Assembly (NCBI RefSeq): GCF_018350175.1
Contig: NC_058368.1
Span: 17,858,001 to 17,922,000 of the forward strand
Direction of reading: 5' to 3'
DNA from: Felis catus
Taxonomy: Eukaryota
Length of the DNA: 64,000 nt
Shown: piece by piece, positions 63,791 to 64,000 of the stretch
Numbering within the stretch: position 1 is the first letter of the stretch
Layout of the letters: every line of letters begins with the position of its first letter
The notes under the pieces: model-generated
What the model saw: only the letters and a program-made list of their open reading frames with translations
What the model was told of the DNA's origin: nothing
The model's database searches: none
Program-made: the position numbers and the translations under genes

Positions 63791-64000
63791 GGGGCATCCG
63801 GGTGGCTCAGTTGGTTAAGCGTCCAACTGCGCTCAGGTCATGATCTCACAGTTCATGAGTTCAAGCCCCGCATCGGGCTCTGTGCTGACAGCTCAGAGCC
63901 TAGAGCCTGCTTAGGATTCTGTGTCTCAGTCTCTCCCTGCCCCTCCCCTGCTTGCTTGTGCTCTCTCTCTCTCTCACTCTTTCTCTCAAATAAATAAACA
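63791..64000 (+). mobile_element. SINE running off the window end
   Basis: Head, body, CT linker and start of tail. Confidence 0.95.

Noticed and set aside
623..64000. tRNA genes or a CRISPR-like array from the recurring GGGGCGCCTGGGTGGCTCAGTC motif
   Set aside because: These are dispersed tRNA-derived SINE heads with tails and TSDs; there is no regular repeat-spacer structure and the sequence is mammalian.

Overview
Eukaryotic, not prokaryotic, DNA. About 30 tRNA-derived carnivore SINEs of the felid type (SINEC_Fc-like) and two young L1_Fc-like 3' fragments point to a cat-family (feliform) genome. The window is repeat-rich and looks intronic or intergenic. Young SINE/L1 insertions with readable target-site duplications (TSDs) sit on ancient L2, MIR, L1M, MLT1, MER21-, MER34- and LTR16-like LTRs and hAT MITEs. 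I cannot confidently assign any host protein-coding exon or gene name. The only recognisable protein sequence is decayed L1 ORF2; other ORF-track entries are repeat-derived or chance. Best-supported unusual observations: (1) one 16-bp target site present three times around an adjacent SINE plus L1 (36461-38223), with the same stacked geometry for two SINEs at 2193-2649; (2) a perfect 34-bp inverted repeat with a 9-nt spacer (48381-48457); (3) a pre-miRNA-sized hairpin in unique sequence (30075-30127); (4) an inverted pair of similar L1 3' ends. A speculative minus-strand exon chain with one in-frame TGA and a 3'UTR-like block is reported at low confidence. Repeat family names come from recalled consensus sequences, not a database search, and boundaries of old repeats are approximate.
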